DNA from: a virus
Lineage: Duplodnaviria; Heunggongvirae; Uroviricota; Caudoviricetes
DNA length: 64,000 bases
Reading direction: 5' to 3' (one strand)
IMG/VR virus record: IMGVR_UViG_3300021142_000006
Program-made: the position numbers and the translations under genes
Shown: one piece after another, positions 19,372 through 28,146 of the stretch
How positions within the stretch are numbered: position 1 is the first letter of the stretch
How the letters are laid out: the number at the start of each line of letters is the position of its first letter
Notes under the pieces: model-generated
What the model saw: the letters and a program-made list of their open reading frames with translations, nothing else
Database searches by the model: none
What the model was told of the DNA's origin: nothing

Positions 19372-19728
19372 ATGAAAATGGGTTTAAAAGATTTAATAAA
19401 TACCAGCAGTGACTACACTGAGGTAGATGATAAAAATAGGTTCAATTACCTTTTACAAACAATGATGTCAAATCGTTGGAAAATAACACTTATTGTACTT
19501 TGTACATTCTTCTTTATCGTTTTTGGTATTGTGATGGCTGTGCTATTCAAAGCAACAATAGCTGAAGCATGGAAAGAATTGTTATTGATTCTTTTAGGTG
19601 CATTCGTTGGTAATTTGAACAAAGTAATCGATTTCTATTTCTCTTCTGAAGATAGAGATAAAATGCTTATTCAAAAAATGGATGAGGAAGACGGTGAATC
19701 ATTATCAAATATGGCCGCTGAAAAATAA
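19372..19728 (+). CDS. two-TM membrane protein
   Basis: two hydrophobic segments; GAFVGNLNKVIDFYF. Confidence 0.65.
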   Translation: MKMGLKDLINTSSDYTEVDDKNRFNYLLQTMMSNRWKITLIVLCTFFFIVFGIVMAVLFKATIAEAWKELLLILLGAFVGNLNKVIDFYFSSEDRDKMLIQKMDEEDGESLSNMAAEK

Positions 19729-19750
19729 ATTTAAAATTAAAACATATTTT

Positions 19751-20032
19751 ATGTCATTTAAACAATGGATAATTGACCTTTTCAAAGATGAAAGAGGATC
19801 AACTTCAATCAAACCAGTTATTGCATTCATGGGAGCATTATTCCTTTGTGTAACTACTTTATTAAACAGTTATACACATGGTGATGTTAAACCTTCCGAT
19901 GGTTTGGTTAATGCTGTTATGATTATAACAATAGTTGGTATGGGTGCTGATAGCTTGGATAAATTTTCTATTAAGGGGATTTCATCTACTTCAACACCTA
20001 AAGCTGAAGAAGGAAGTGGTGATCAAGTATAA
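19751..20032 (+). CDS. small two-TM membrane protein (holin-like, unverified)
   Basis: likely start MSFKQW; two hydrophobic segments. Confidence 0.55.
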   Translation: MSFKQWIIDLFKDERGSTSIKPVIAFMGALFLCVTTLLNSYTHGDVKPSDGLVNAVMIITIVGMGADSLDKFSIKGISSTSTPKAEEGSGDQV

Positions 20033-20097
20033 TTATAAATAATTGATTGTGTTTGGATAAAATCTGAGCACAATCAATTTTAAATCAAATTAATATA

Positions 20098-20988
20098 ATG
20101 TCTATAAACGAAAATGTAAATGTTGGTGTGGGTGCCAGCGTTGGTAATGAGAATTTGGGTGCAAGCGCTGAAGCATCAGCAAATGCAGGTGTCCAAATAA
20201 GCGATACAGAAATAAGTGCAAACGCAAATGCTGAAGTTAGCGCTGAAGCTCATGCTAATATTGATACTGAAGTATCACAAGAAATATTACCAGGTATTGA
20301 TGTACACGCTGAAGCTGGTGCTCATGCTTCTGTTGAAGCAAGCGCTGAAGTTCATGCTGAGGTTTCTGCTGGTTGGGATGGTAGTGATGCTCATGTAACT
20401 GGTGGTGCTGGTGTAAGTGCTGAAGTAAATGCTACAGGTGATGCTGGCGCTGGTGCTGGAATTGATACACCTGTTGGTGACATTACAGCTTCAATTGAAG
20501 CTAAGGGACAAGCTGGTGCTGAAGTTCATGCTTCAGCTGAAGGTTCAGTTTCTGTAGGGGAACATGGTGCAAGTGTTGGTGGTGATTTATCTGCTGGGGC
20601 TTCTATTGGAGCTGGTGGTGGTGTTACAGGTAATATAGCTGGTGCTAAGATAAGTACAGGCGCTGAAGTTAGCATAGGTGCTCAAGTTGGTGTTGGGGGT
20701 GATGCTCACGCAACGTATGAAGGTGGTGTGGCAAGTATCGGTATTACAGGTGATGTTGCTTTATTAGTTGGTGTAGATGCAGATATTAATGTTGATATTC
20801 CAGTTGGAGATATGGTAGATACAGCTAAAAAAATAGCTGAAGAAACCCAAAAAGCTAAAGAAGAGGCTGATAGAATTGCAAGAGAAACAGCTAATGCTGC
20901 TCAAAAAGCTAAAGAAGAAGCTGAGAAAGCAGCTAAAAAAATTGATAAAGGAATAAAACATTACTTGAACCCTAAAAATTGGTTTTAA
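20098..20988 (+). CDS. Gly/Ala/Val-rich beta-repeat protein with C-terminal coiled coil
   Basis: ASAEA/GAGV repeats then AEEAKKA-type helix. Confidence 0.65.
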   Translation: MSINENVNVGVGASVGNENLGASAEASANAGVQISDTEISANANAEVSAEAHANIDTEVSQEILPGIDVHAEAGAHASVEASAEVHAEVSAGWDGSDAHVTGGAGVSAEVNATGDAGAGAGIDTPVGDITASIEAKGQAGAEVHASAEGSVSVGEHGASVGGDLSAGASIGAGGGVTGNIAGAKISTGAEVSIGAQVGVGGDAHATYEGGVASIGITGDVALLVGVDADINVDIPVGDMVDTAKKIAEETQKAKEEADRIARETANAAQKAKEEAEKAAKKIDKGIKHYLNPKNWF

Positions 20989-20991
20989 AAT

Positions 20992-21705
20992 ATGAAAAAA
21001 TTATTTATATTAATATTAATGTTATTTGTATATAACGCTAATGCGCAATCCGTTGGTTCTGTAAAAACTGAAGCTTATAAAGCAAGTTTTGAAAAGGAAC
21101 AATCGATTGATGTTGTATCTAATTATGATGATACTGTAAAATATCCTATTCAGTTATTAAAGATTGGTATCAATGAAGAATTGTATTCCATGTATCCAGA
21201 ATTAAAGGATAAACGTGTTGGTTTAGGTGTTACAAATATAGTTATTGAATTTTTGGAAATGACAAACCGTTTTATATTCACTGAAGACAAATTAGAGATC
21301 AAAGAAAGAATGGTTAGTCAATTCAAAGCATCTGATAAAGGTTTTACAGAAAATAAAGTAGATGGTAGAGGTAAAATCAAATTAGCAAAATATTTTGTAT
21401 ATATTGAAGTTTATGATTTTAGTGTATCTGAGGATGAGGTTGTTAAAGTAAGTGGGAAAGCTACAGCTACTCAAACAACAAGACTTGGTCTACAAGTTAA
21501 ATTTGTTGATGCAGAAACTAATGAAGTGATTGTTGGAAGTGGTTTAGGTGAAGCTTCAACTGTTAAACAATCTTCAATTCTGAGTGACGTTGATGATATT
21601 AAATTCAATCAATCAACAATAGGTATTACAACCAAAAAAGCTCTTGAAACCGCCTCATCAAGAGTTATAACAAGATTAATAAAGAAGGGCAAATTTAAGA
21701 ACTAA
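20992..21705 (+). CDS. CsgG/HfaB-like secreted protein
   Basis: signal peptide; VYIEVYDFSVSE...RLGLQVKFVDAETNEVIVGSGLGEA. Confidence 0.6.
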   Translation: MKKLFILILMLFVYNANAQSVGSVKTEAYKASFEKEQSIDVVSNYDDTVKYPIQLLKIGINEELYSMYPELKDKRVGLGVTNIVIEFLEMTNRFIFTEDKLEIKERMVSQFKASDKGFTENKVDGRGKIKLAKYFVYIEVYDFSVSEDEVVKVSGKATATQTTRLGLQVKFVDAETNEVIVGSGLGEASTVKQSSILSDVDDIKFNQSTIGITTKKALETASSRVITRLIKKGKFKN

Positions 21706-21711
21706 AAGTGC

Positions 21712-23085
21712 GTGAAAGTAAAATTCCTTACAGTTATTTTATTATTGATGCTATCTAAAATAGCAAGTGCACAATCATTTTCTTATAATTACGTAGACCC
21801 ATGTACTGGTAGAACTTCTATTATAACAATACCATATGGTCAGAATCAAATTGCTGTAACATATTATGGACAAGTAAAATCATTCACAGCTGCCGACTTT
21901 ACTAATGGTGTTTTTAACCAGTGGGCAACGAATGTATTCAGTTCTTTTAGAAACACATCACCTTGTCAATCCGTAGGTACAACAAGCAGTATAAGCCAAG
22001 CTCAGGGAACATCAATAAATTTCATCAGTATCATCAATTCAGTATCAGCAATATCAGATATGACAGCTGGTGTTACAAACGTATTAGGCGATGCTGTGGG
22101 TGCTGCTGGTAGTGTTAGCCCAGAGGCTGGTGGAGGTTCTGGTGATAACGGTAATTCTGGTTCTGGTGGGTCTGGTTCTGGCGGATCTGGTGGATCTGGT
22201 GGTTCTGGTGGGTCTGGTTCTGGCGGATCTGGAGGAACTGGTAGTGGTGGTTCAGGTGGCAGCAGTTCTGGTAGTGGTGGTTCTGGTTCATCAACAAGTG
22301 ATAATTCTGGCGCATCAACAAATAATAGTTCTGGTTCTAATTCATCAACAAGTGAGAAAAAAACAGATATGATATCTGGTACTTCTAATGCTGTTCAATC
22401 AAGTTCAGGTGGAAGTGGTTCAAGTGGTAGTAATAATAAACAAAATGGTGGAAAACCATCTGTTTTGATAGGTAGTGATCTTGTTGGATTCCAATTCAAA
22501 AATAATACAGTCACAAGTGGTGGCCAAGTTAATGGTAGTTATTCATCATTAAAATATGATGGTAGTTCTATGCATGGTTTAATGGTAGATTTTAATACAT
22601 CAATTCAAGGGCCTAACATAACAGGTTATTATGCATGGATCAAACCAAAAGCGATAACACTTTTAGCCAATACCATTACAATAGGTTTTCAAGGTGCTGG
22701 TTCTCTTTATAATTCAGTTGCTTTTGGTCAACTTAGAACAATAAAGAAAATAAAGATGAAAACAGTTTATATGTTAACTGTAGCTGGTGGTGAAATATAT
22801 CATCAACCATATATAAGCACAGCTGCAATTGTTGGTGAAGCAAAAGATTTTAAGATTGGTAAAAGAATAGATATGAAAACGATGTTACTATTTGTTTACG
22901 CACCCTTTGTTAAATATTATAGTGATGCGTTATTAAAATCTCCATATGTTATATTACCAGTACTTGGTACTAATATAAATGTTACTAAGGTATTTAGAAT
23001 AAATTTAAATTTTGGTGGTTCATACTCAATGGGTAATGATGTTTTGAATTACACAATAATGATGGGAACAAAATTAGCGTTATGA
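21712..23085 (+). CDS. secreted protein with Gly/Ser linker and beta-strand-rich C-terminus
   Basis: signal peptide, GSGG repeats, alternating hydrophobic C-terminal strands. Confidence 0.65.
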   Translation: MKVKFLTVILLLMLSKIASAQSFSYNYVDPCTGRTSIITIPYGQNQIAVTYYGQVKSFTAADFTNGVFNQWATNVFSSFRNTSPCQSVGTTSSISQAQGTSINFISIINSVSAISDMTAGVTNVLGDAVGAAGSVSPEAGGGSGDNGNSGSGGSGSGGSGGSGGSGGSGSGGSGGTGSGGSGGSSSGSGGSGSSTSDNSGASTNNSSGSNSSTSEKKTDMISGTSNAVQSSSGGSGSSGSNNKQNGGKPSVLIGSDLVGFQFKNNTVTSGGQVNGSYSSLKYDGSSMHGLMVDFNTSIQGPNITGYYAWIKPKAITLLANTITIGFQGAGSLYNSVAFGQLRTIKKIKMKTVYMLTVAGGEIYHQPYISTAAIVGEAKDFKIGKRIDMKTMLLFVYAPFVKYYSDALLKSPYVILPVLGTNINVTKVFRINLNFGGSYSMGNDVLNYTIMMGTKLAL

Positions 23086-24827
23086 GGATAGTTTTAGTTG
23101 TTTTGTTTATTTTATTAGCTATGAATGTAATAGCTCAAACATTTACTTATTCTGGTTACATTTATAATTCAAATGGTTCTGGTGCAGCAAACGTGCCAGT
23201 TAAACTATATCAAAGGACAACACCTGTAATGAGTGGATTTACATCTCAAACAAATTACAATGGTCACTCATATTATAGATCAACAGGTGTTGCTACTTGG
23301 ACATCAGCTCAACAAGCTTGTGCTGCTATGGGTGGTCACTTGGTAACTATGTCAAATGCTGCCGAAAATAACTTTGTTTATAGTACATGGCCTTCAGGTT
23401 GGATTGGTTATTATCAAGACAAAACTGGCGCATTTTATGGTGAACCAAATGCTGGTTGGAGATGGACTGAAACCCCAGTAACTAATGGACAAGTTTGTTG
23501 GTATAATATATCAAACGTTGTTAATGATACTGTTTCAGCCCCAGGTATTACATTAAACGGTACAAATATGAGAATATGGAATTCTGTTTCATATTCTGGT
23601 TCTGGCAACACAATCACAGATATTAATGGTAATGCTAATGCGGTAATGTATAATTCTCCATCATATTCATCATCTGGTGGTAAGTATATAACATTTAATG
23701 GTTCTAATAACTATGCACTTTTGAATGATATATCTTCTAAATTAAGTAGTTCGGTAATTTCAATACGAATGTGGATTTACCCTACTGGAAATGGTGTGAT
23801 ATTAGATGAATTGGGTGTTATGTCAACATCATCTGTTTGGCATGAATCTGTGTTTGAAATTACTGGTTCTAACACATTAAATTGTGGTCTATGGAATGGA
23901 AGTAGTATATCAAAGGTTACTTCATCTATATCATTGAATACATGGCATTGTATTGGCTTAACGTATGATGGTTCGACTCTAAAAGGTTATTTAGATGGAA
24001 CCAATTTTGGTTCAACAACTTTCAGTCGTCAGGTTCCCTTTGGTAGTGGTGGAGGCGAAAACTTTGCTATTGGACTTGCTGATGCAACTAACATGGGTTC
24101 TGGAGCATATGGTTCTTTTAGATTAGGTGACTTATCAATTTATAAAGTATCCTTAACATCAGACCAAATGAACAGGAATTATATGGCTGGCGCTTTTAGA
24201 TATGGTGTTTACCCATATTCAGCATGGAATGGTGGTGAACCAAATAACTCTGGGGGTGAAGATTATATACAATTTGTTGGTGGAGGTCTTTGGAATGACT
24301 TAAATAATTATAACTCTTTAAATTATGTTTTAGAATTCGATACAATTATAACATATACACCTTGGGCATATTATGGTACATATTATACAGATACTAATGG
24401 TAAATATAACATCAGTGTACCTACCAACCCTTCACTTGACTGGCAATTAGAATATGATGCTGTTACACCTGCAAGTAATTTAAGTACTGTAGATTATCTT
24501 GGTGTGTCAAATGTTATATTAAAAAGGACAACATTTAATGGTTTACATTATTATCAATATGATGTGAATGGTGATAATAAGGTAAGTGTAGCCGATCTCT
24601 ACTATATTATCGCAAAATCTGTTGGTAGATTTTCCTCTTGGGGTGGTTCAACTTTTATATCACAATTATTTACACCATCACAATATACATCGATAATTGG
24701 AACAACAAGTAATATGAAATTGACATATCCTGGTGTTTCATCTATAATAATAACATCAGCGACCAGTGGCGGCACAGCTAATTATTACCTTATAGCACCT
24801 GGGTACGCTAACAAAGTAACATATTAA
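23082..24827 (+). CDS. secreted C-type lectin + LamG/concanavalin-like + dockerin-like protein
   Basis: WTSAQQACAAMGGHLVTMSNAAEN, WNGGEPNNSGGEDY, WHCIGLTYDG...YLDG, DVNGDNKVSVADL. Confidence 0.78.
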   Translation: MRIVLVVLFILLAMNVIAQTFTYSGYIYNSNGSGAANVPVKLYQRTTPVMSGFTSQTNYNGHSYYRSTGVATWTSAQQACAAMGGHLVTMSNAAENNFVYSTWPSGWIGYYQDKTGAFYGEPNAGWRWTETPVTNGQVCWYNISNVVNDTVSAPGITLNGTNMRIWNSVSYSGSGNTITDINGNANAVMYNSPSYSSSGGKYITFNGSNNYALLNDISSKLSSSVISIRMWIYPTGNGVILDELGVMSTSSVWHESVFEITGSNTLNCGLWNGSSISKVTSSISLNTWHCIGLTYDGSTLKGYLDGTNFGSTTFSRQVPFGSGGGENFAIGLADATNMGSGAYGSFRLGDLSIYKVSLTSDQMNRNYMAGAFRYGVYPYSAWNGGEPNNSGGEDYIQFVGGGLWNDLNNYNSLNYVLEFDTIITYTPWAYYGTYYTDTNGKYNISVPTNPSLDWQLEYDAVTPASNLSTVDYLGVSNVILKRTTFNGLHYYQYDVNGDNKVSVADLYYIIAKSVGRFSSWGGSTFISQLFTPSQYTSIIGTTSNMKLTYPGVSSIIITSATSGGTANYYLIAPGYANKVTY

Positions 24828-24830
24828 GAT

Positions 24831-25091
24831 ATGAAAAAGCTCATTCTATTATTATTTTTCATGACATCATGTAAATTATTATTACCCAGCAAACAGGAAA
24901 GATTAAATGATTTAAAATCTGTTTGTCCTAATTGTTTGTTATATAATAACATGGGAGAATACTATGCTTTAGATACAACATGTGAACCAAATAAATTATA
25001 TTTTATTTCTTTTTCACAAGGTGAATATTTGAAGACAAGTAACGCATTTCATATAAGACCAAATTTAATTGAAATAAAACAAGTAAAATGA
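24831..25091 (+). CDS. putative lipoprotein
   Basis: MKKLILLLFFMTSC lipobox-like start. Confidence 0.55.
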   Translation: MKKLILLLFFMTSCKLLLPSKQERLNDLKSVCPNCLLYNNMGEYYALDTTCEPNKLYFISFSQGEYLKTSNAFHIRPNLIEIKQVK

Positions 25092-25534
25092 AAAAACTAT
25101 TATTCGCATTAATGTTAATTCCTTCATTGTCATTTGCACAATGTGTTAAGGTTGAAAAAGTATCATGTACAATGAACATCAGAGAGCTTAAAAGCAAAGA
25201 TATTTTGTTTGGTGTAAAACAGATTACAGAAGATGTGTTATCCGAAAAATATTCTTTATGTGACTCTAACGCAATACCAGTTAAACTTGAAATCACAAGA
25301 GTTGGTGTTCCCCAAACAACTTTTAAAATAGCTGGTGTTGGTGAATCAACGCAATCAACGCAGGTTATTGTTAAACTTTATTTTGGTGAAAAAATTGTTG
25401 AGGGACAAGGTTCATCTGATACAAAAGCAAATTTTGCTTTTATGGAATTAAAAGATGGCAAAATACCTTTTGAAAAATCTACAATTGGTATGTCAATGAA
25501 AAAGGCTATTATTGAAGCTGTAAGTAAACTTTAA
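25088..25534 (+). CDS. secreted hypothetical protein
   Basis: signal peptide; last gene of the secreted cluster. Confidence 0.6.
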   Translation: MKKLLFALMLIPSLSFAQCVKVEKVSCTMNIRELKSKDILFGVKQITEDVLSEKYSLCDSNAIPVKLEITRVGVPQTTFKIAGVGESTQSTQVIVKLYFGEKIVEGQGSSDTKANFAFMELKDGKIPFEKSTIGMSMKKAIIEAVSKL

Positions 25535-25812
25535 TTCTTAGTTTTTTTATCAACATCTATTGTATAGGTGATTTTGTCACCTATTTTATAGTTTAAATTA
25601 TGTTGATAAACTGTTGTACCACAATCCGTATATAAAACATATGTGGGATCATAGTCTGTAATGGAAACAATAGGTTTTTTATATATACTATCAACAACAC
25701 ATTCAATTATAATTTGATTATTGTCTTTTTTCGCATACTTTTGTTTTATAATGATAGTCATCACTATAAAATAAATTACTATACCAGCAATAATATATTG
25801 GGATTTAATCAT
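25531..25812 (-). CDS. hypothetical membrane protein
   Basis: 93-aa ORF with an N-terminal hydrophobic segment. Confidence 0.5.
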   Translation of the reverse strand: MIKSQYIIAGIVIYFIVMTIIIKQKYAKKDNNQIIIECVVDSIYKKPIVSITDYDPTYVLYTDCGTTVYQHNLNYKIGDKITYTIDVDKKTKN

Positions 25813-25828
25813 TGAAATATAAATTATG

Positions 25829-25900
25829 TGGCTCGTACCAGGATCGAACTGGTGACTCTGGAGTTTAGAATTCCGAATGTTGCCGCTACACCAACGAGCC
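25829..25900 (-). tRNA. amber suppressor tRNA (anticodon CUA); amino-acid identity unknown
   Basis: GGCUCGU/ACGAGCC, GUGU/ACAU D stem, CGGAA-UUCUAAA-CUCCA, 5-nt variable loop, ACCAG-UUCGAUC-CUGGU; canonical spacing puts CUA at 34-36; only 3 of 5 anticodon-stem pairs. Confidence 0.78.
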
Positions 25901-25908
25901 TGATCTGA

Positions 25909-26238
25909 TTACATCAATCGTGAACCAGGATTACCCATTAAATCAAGAGTATCACCACTTGACGGCACCATTATCATCGCAGATGACATTATACCCATAA
26001 TTTTAGCTGGTTCAAGATTTGTTATAAAAGGATAAACCGAATTTACAAGTTCATTACAATCAATTCTGTTACCGATGTTTGTCATTACTGTTCTAACATC
26101 TTCATTTCCGAAGTTCACAGTTAACTTTAACATCTTATCACTTTTTTCCACTTTTTCTGCGGACGTGATTTCACCTAACAATATTTCAACTTTATCACTA
26201 AGTTCCTTGTAAGTATTGAAGTCTATATTTTTTTTCAT
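25909..26238 (-). CDS. tRNA-binding OB-fold protein (Trbp111/CsaA/MetRS C-terminal-like)
   Basis: GEITSAEKVEKSDKMLKLTVNFG...TNLEPAKIMGIMSSAMI. Confidence 0.85.
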   Translation of the reverse strand: MKKNIDFNTYKELSDKVEILLGEITSAEKVEKSDKMLKLTVNFGNEDVRTVMTNIGNRIDCNELVNSVYPFITNLEPAKIMGIMSSAMIMVPSSGDTLDLMGNPGSRLM

Positions 26239-26257
26239 ATATTTAATTTAAATTTAG

Positions 26258-26330
26258 AGTACATGGATGGATTCGAACCACCGAATTGATACTTTGCAGG
26301 CACCTGCCTTAACCACTCGACCACATGTAC
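26258..26330 (-). tRNA. tRNA-Cys(GCA)
   Basis: GUACAUG/CAUGUAC, U73, loop CUGCAAA. Confidence 0.9.
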
Positions 26331-26356
26331 AAGTTTGTGTAGTATTAATAACTACA

Positions 26357-26387
26357 CAAAAGTAATAAAAGTTTTTAAATAAACAAA
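26357..26387 (-). promoter_or_regulatory. Bacteroidetes-type promoter upstream of tRNA-Cys
   Basis: TTTG-N19-TACTTTTG. Confidence 0.7.
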
Positions 26388-26678
26388 TTATTGTTCAACT
26401 TTTCTTTTATTTTTTTGTTTTGCTTTCCAACCACGCTCAACACGAGCTTTATCCCTACGTTTTTTCCATCTTCTATCAAACCAATAAGAACCAAGCTCAT
26501 TGCTTATTTCTTTATCTAATTGAACTATTTTATCAAATAGTTCAATCTTTTGAGCATCAGTCAAAGGTGTTGGTTTATTTCTCCATTTATCCCTGTTTTT
26601 CATTGGGGTTGGATTAAGTAATCTGTGTACAGCATTACTGAATTTAGATTTGATCATTTCTGTTTTAGAGTTTTTCAT
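26388..26678 (-). CDS. basic hypothetical protein
   Basis: 96-aa Lys/Arg-rich ORF. Confidence 0.6.
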   Translation of the reverse strand: MKNSKTEMIKSKFSNAVHRLLNPTPMKNRDKWRNKPTPLTDAQKIELFDKIVQLDKEISNELGSYWFDRRWKKRRDKARVERGWKAKQKNKRKVEQ

Positions 26679-26917
26679 TGTTAAAAATTTTAGCGATTAT
26701 TAAATTATTTTCTGTTATTATTTTAAGACTTGCTTTGAATTTTATAGAACCCTTTGTACTTGGATTGTAATCCAACACCAGGTTCTACATCAACATGATG
26801 AACATAATAAGTATCGCCTCGACATTTAACAACCCACATAGGTACAGTAGGATCTTCGAGATGTTTCTTGTTAAAATGGAACGTAATTGGTTCCTTTCTT
26901 TCTGTAATCTACAACAT
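26665..26917 (-). pseudogene. amber-interrupted (codon 3) and frameshifted small gene (FHFNKKHLEDP protein)
   Basis: ATG TTG TAG ATT then ITERKEPITFHFNKKHLEDPTVPMWVVK..VEPGVG; plausible coding continues in another frame (NPSTKGSIKFKASLKII...) to 26665. Confidence 0.6.
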
Positions 26918-26928
26918 AGTTTTTAATT

Positions 26929-27282
26929 TTAATGTGACATAATTTTATTGTTTTTATATTCCTTTAATGCTAAAGGCAATGAAGACGTAACTTTGGAAGC
27001 CTCTTTAGAGCCTTCAAAAGCAATTGCGGTCATTTGATGACCAATATCAGGTTCGGTGAAATAAGAGACGGCTATGCCTCGCTCTTCTAACTTATTGTAT
27101 AATTTATGTAGCTTTTCTTCATTTTCAATGGATAAACAGATTAGAAAGTTATTATTCCATTGATTTGCTCGTTCTGGATGTTCCAAGAAGAACTGAGCTA
27201 AGGCATGTCCACTCTGGCTCATCTGTAAGCCAGGATCAATATCTTTTCGTGTTACGACAATTAATTTGTTAATCTACAACAT
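26929..27282 (-). CDS. peptidyl-tRNA hydrolase type 2 (Pth2-like) with in-frame TAG at codon 3
   Basis: ML*INKLIVVTRKDIDPGLQMSQSGHALAQF...FTEPDIGHQMTAIAF; the KLxVVxRxD..G.Q..Q..HA catalytic motif begins upstream of the Met called by the ORF track. Confidence 0.82.
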
Positions 27283-27354
27283 GATAATTTTTTTTTCGTT
27301 CTAATAATATATAGTGTAAAAGTATGAAGAAATTTTGAAAAAACAAAACTTTTT

Positions 27355-28146
27355 TTAAAAAATTTTCAGATATTTTTTAATATCATATATAGTATCTTCT
27401 ATTATACCATTATATTTTTCCTTAGTATCATAATAAAAGGGTAATCTGGTGTTTTGAAATATTTTAGGGTTTTCTGTTACATAATTTTTGTATTCAATAT
27501 CGAAACATCCCAATATTTTGGTGTAAAATTCACGCATGTTGGTTAAATTACCAGATCCTATGATAGCATCTTCAGTGCTTGATAAACATGTTTCAACAAG
27601 TAATTTTGGGTGTGGTAAATCTCTTTGAAAATTTAAATCACCAATGATTATTGGTTGTTTGTCATTTATTAAATTTATGAATTTCTTGAATAAAAACCCA
27701 TCTTTTCTATAAGGTGAATTACAATTGAAAGGATAAACCATAATAATGTTAAGACCTTGCGATTCTCTTAAATGCATTATTTTATCTCTAAGAATTTCCT
27801 TTGATTTAATATAATGGGTGTAGTTGTAATTTATGGGTGTTTCCAAAGTTATACCACCAGAGCAATTATTCCATAACTCACTGGTGATAAAAACAACTAT
27901 CGTTTTACATTGGTCTTTAATTTTATTTATAACTTCAAGTGTATAATCAACATTAACAGATATATAATCTTCAAGTGATATATCTGCAAACGTTCTATGT
28001 TCCCCAAAGGTTAATATCGCTCTATTATATTCATGAAAACCAATGCTACTTAAATCAAAGTTTCGAGATGAAACTCCAATAATGTTTGGGTCTTGTTCTT
28101 TAAAATATGTAAAAAATTGACTTGTGTTACCAATAATTAAATTCAT
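27355..28146 (-). CDS. NAD-dependent epimerase/dehydratase-like protein
   Basis: SELW...YIKSK..YPFN..SPYRKDGFLF. Confidence 0.65.
   Translation of the reverse strand: MNLIIGNTSQFFTYFKEQDPNIIGVSSRNFDLSSIGFHEYNRAILTFGEHRTFADISLEDYISVNVDYTLEVINKIKDQCKTIVVFITSELWNNCSGGITLETPINYNYTHYIKSKEILRDKIMHLRESQGLNIIMVYPFNCNSPYRKDGFLFKKFINLINDKQPIIIGDLNFQRDLPHPKLLVETCLSSTEDAIIGSGNLTNMREFYTKILGCFDIEYKNYVTENPKIFQNTRLPFYYDTKEKYNGIIEDTIYDIKKYLKIF

Noticed and set aside
26331-26390. Attenuator upstream of tRNA-Cys
   Set aside because: The promoter lies about 25 nt from the tRNA with no leader ORF or terminator between them.
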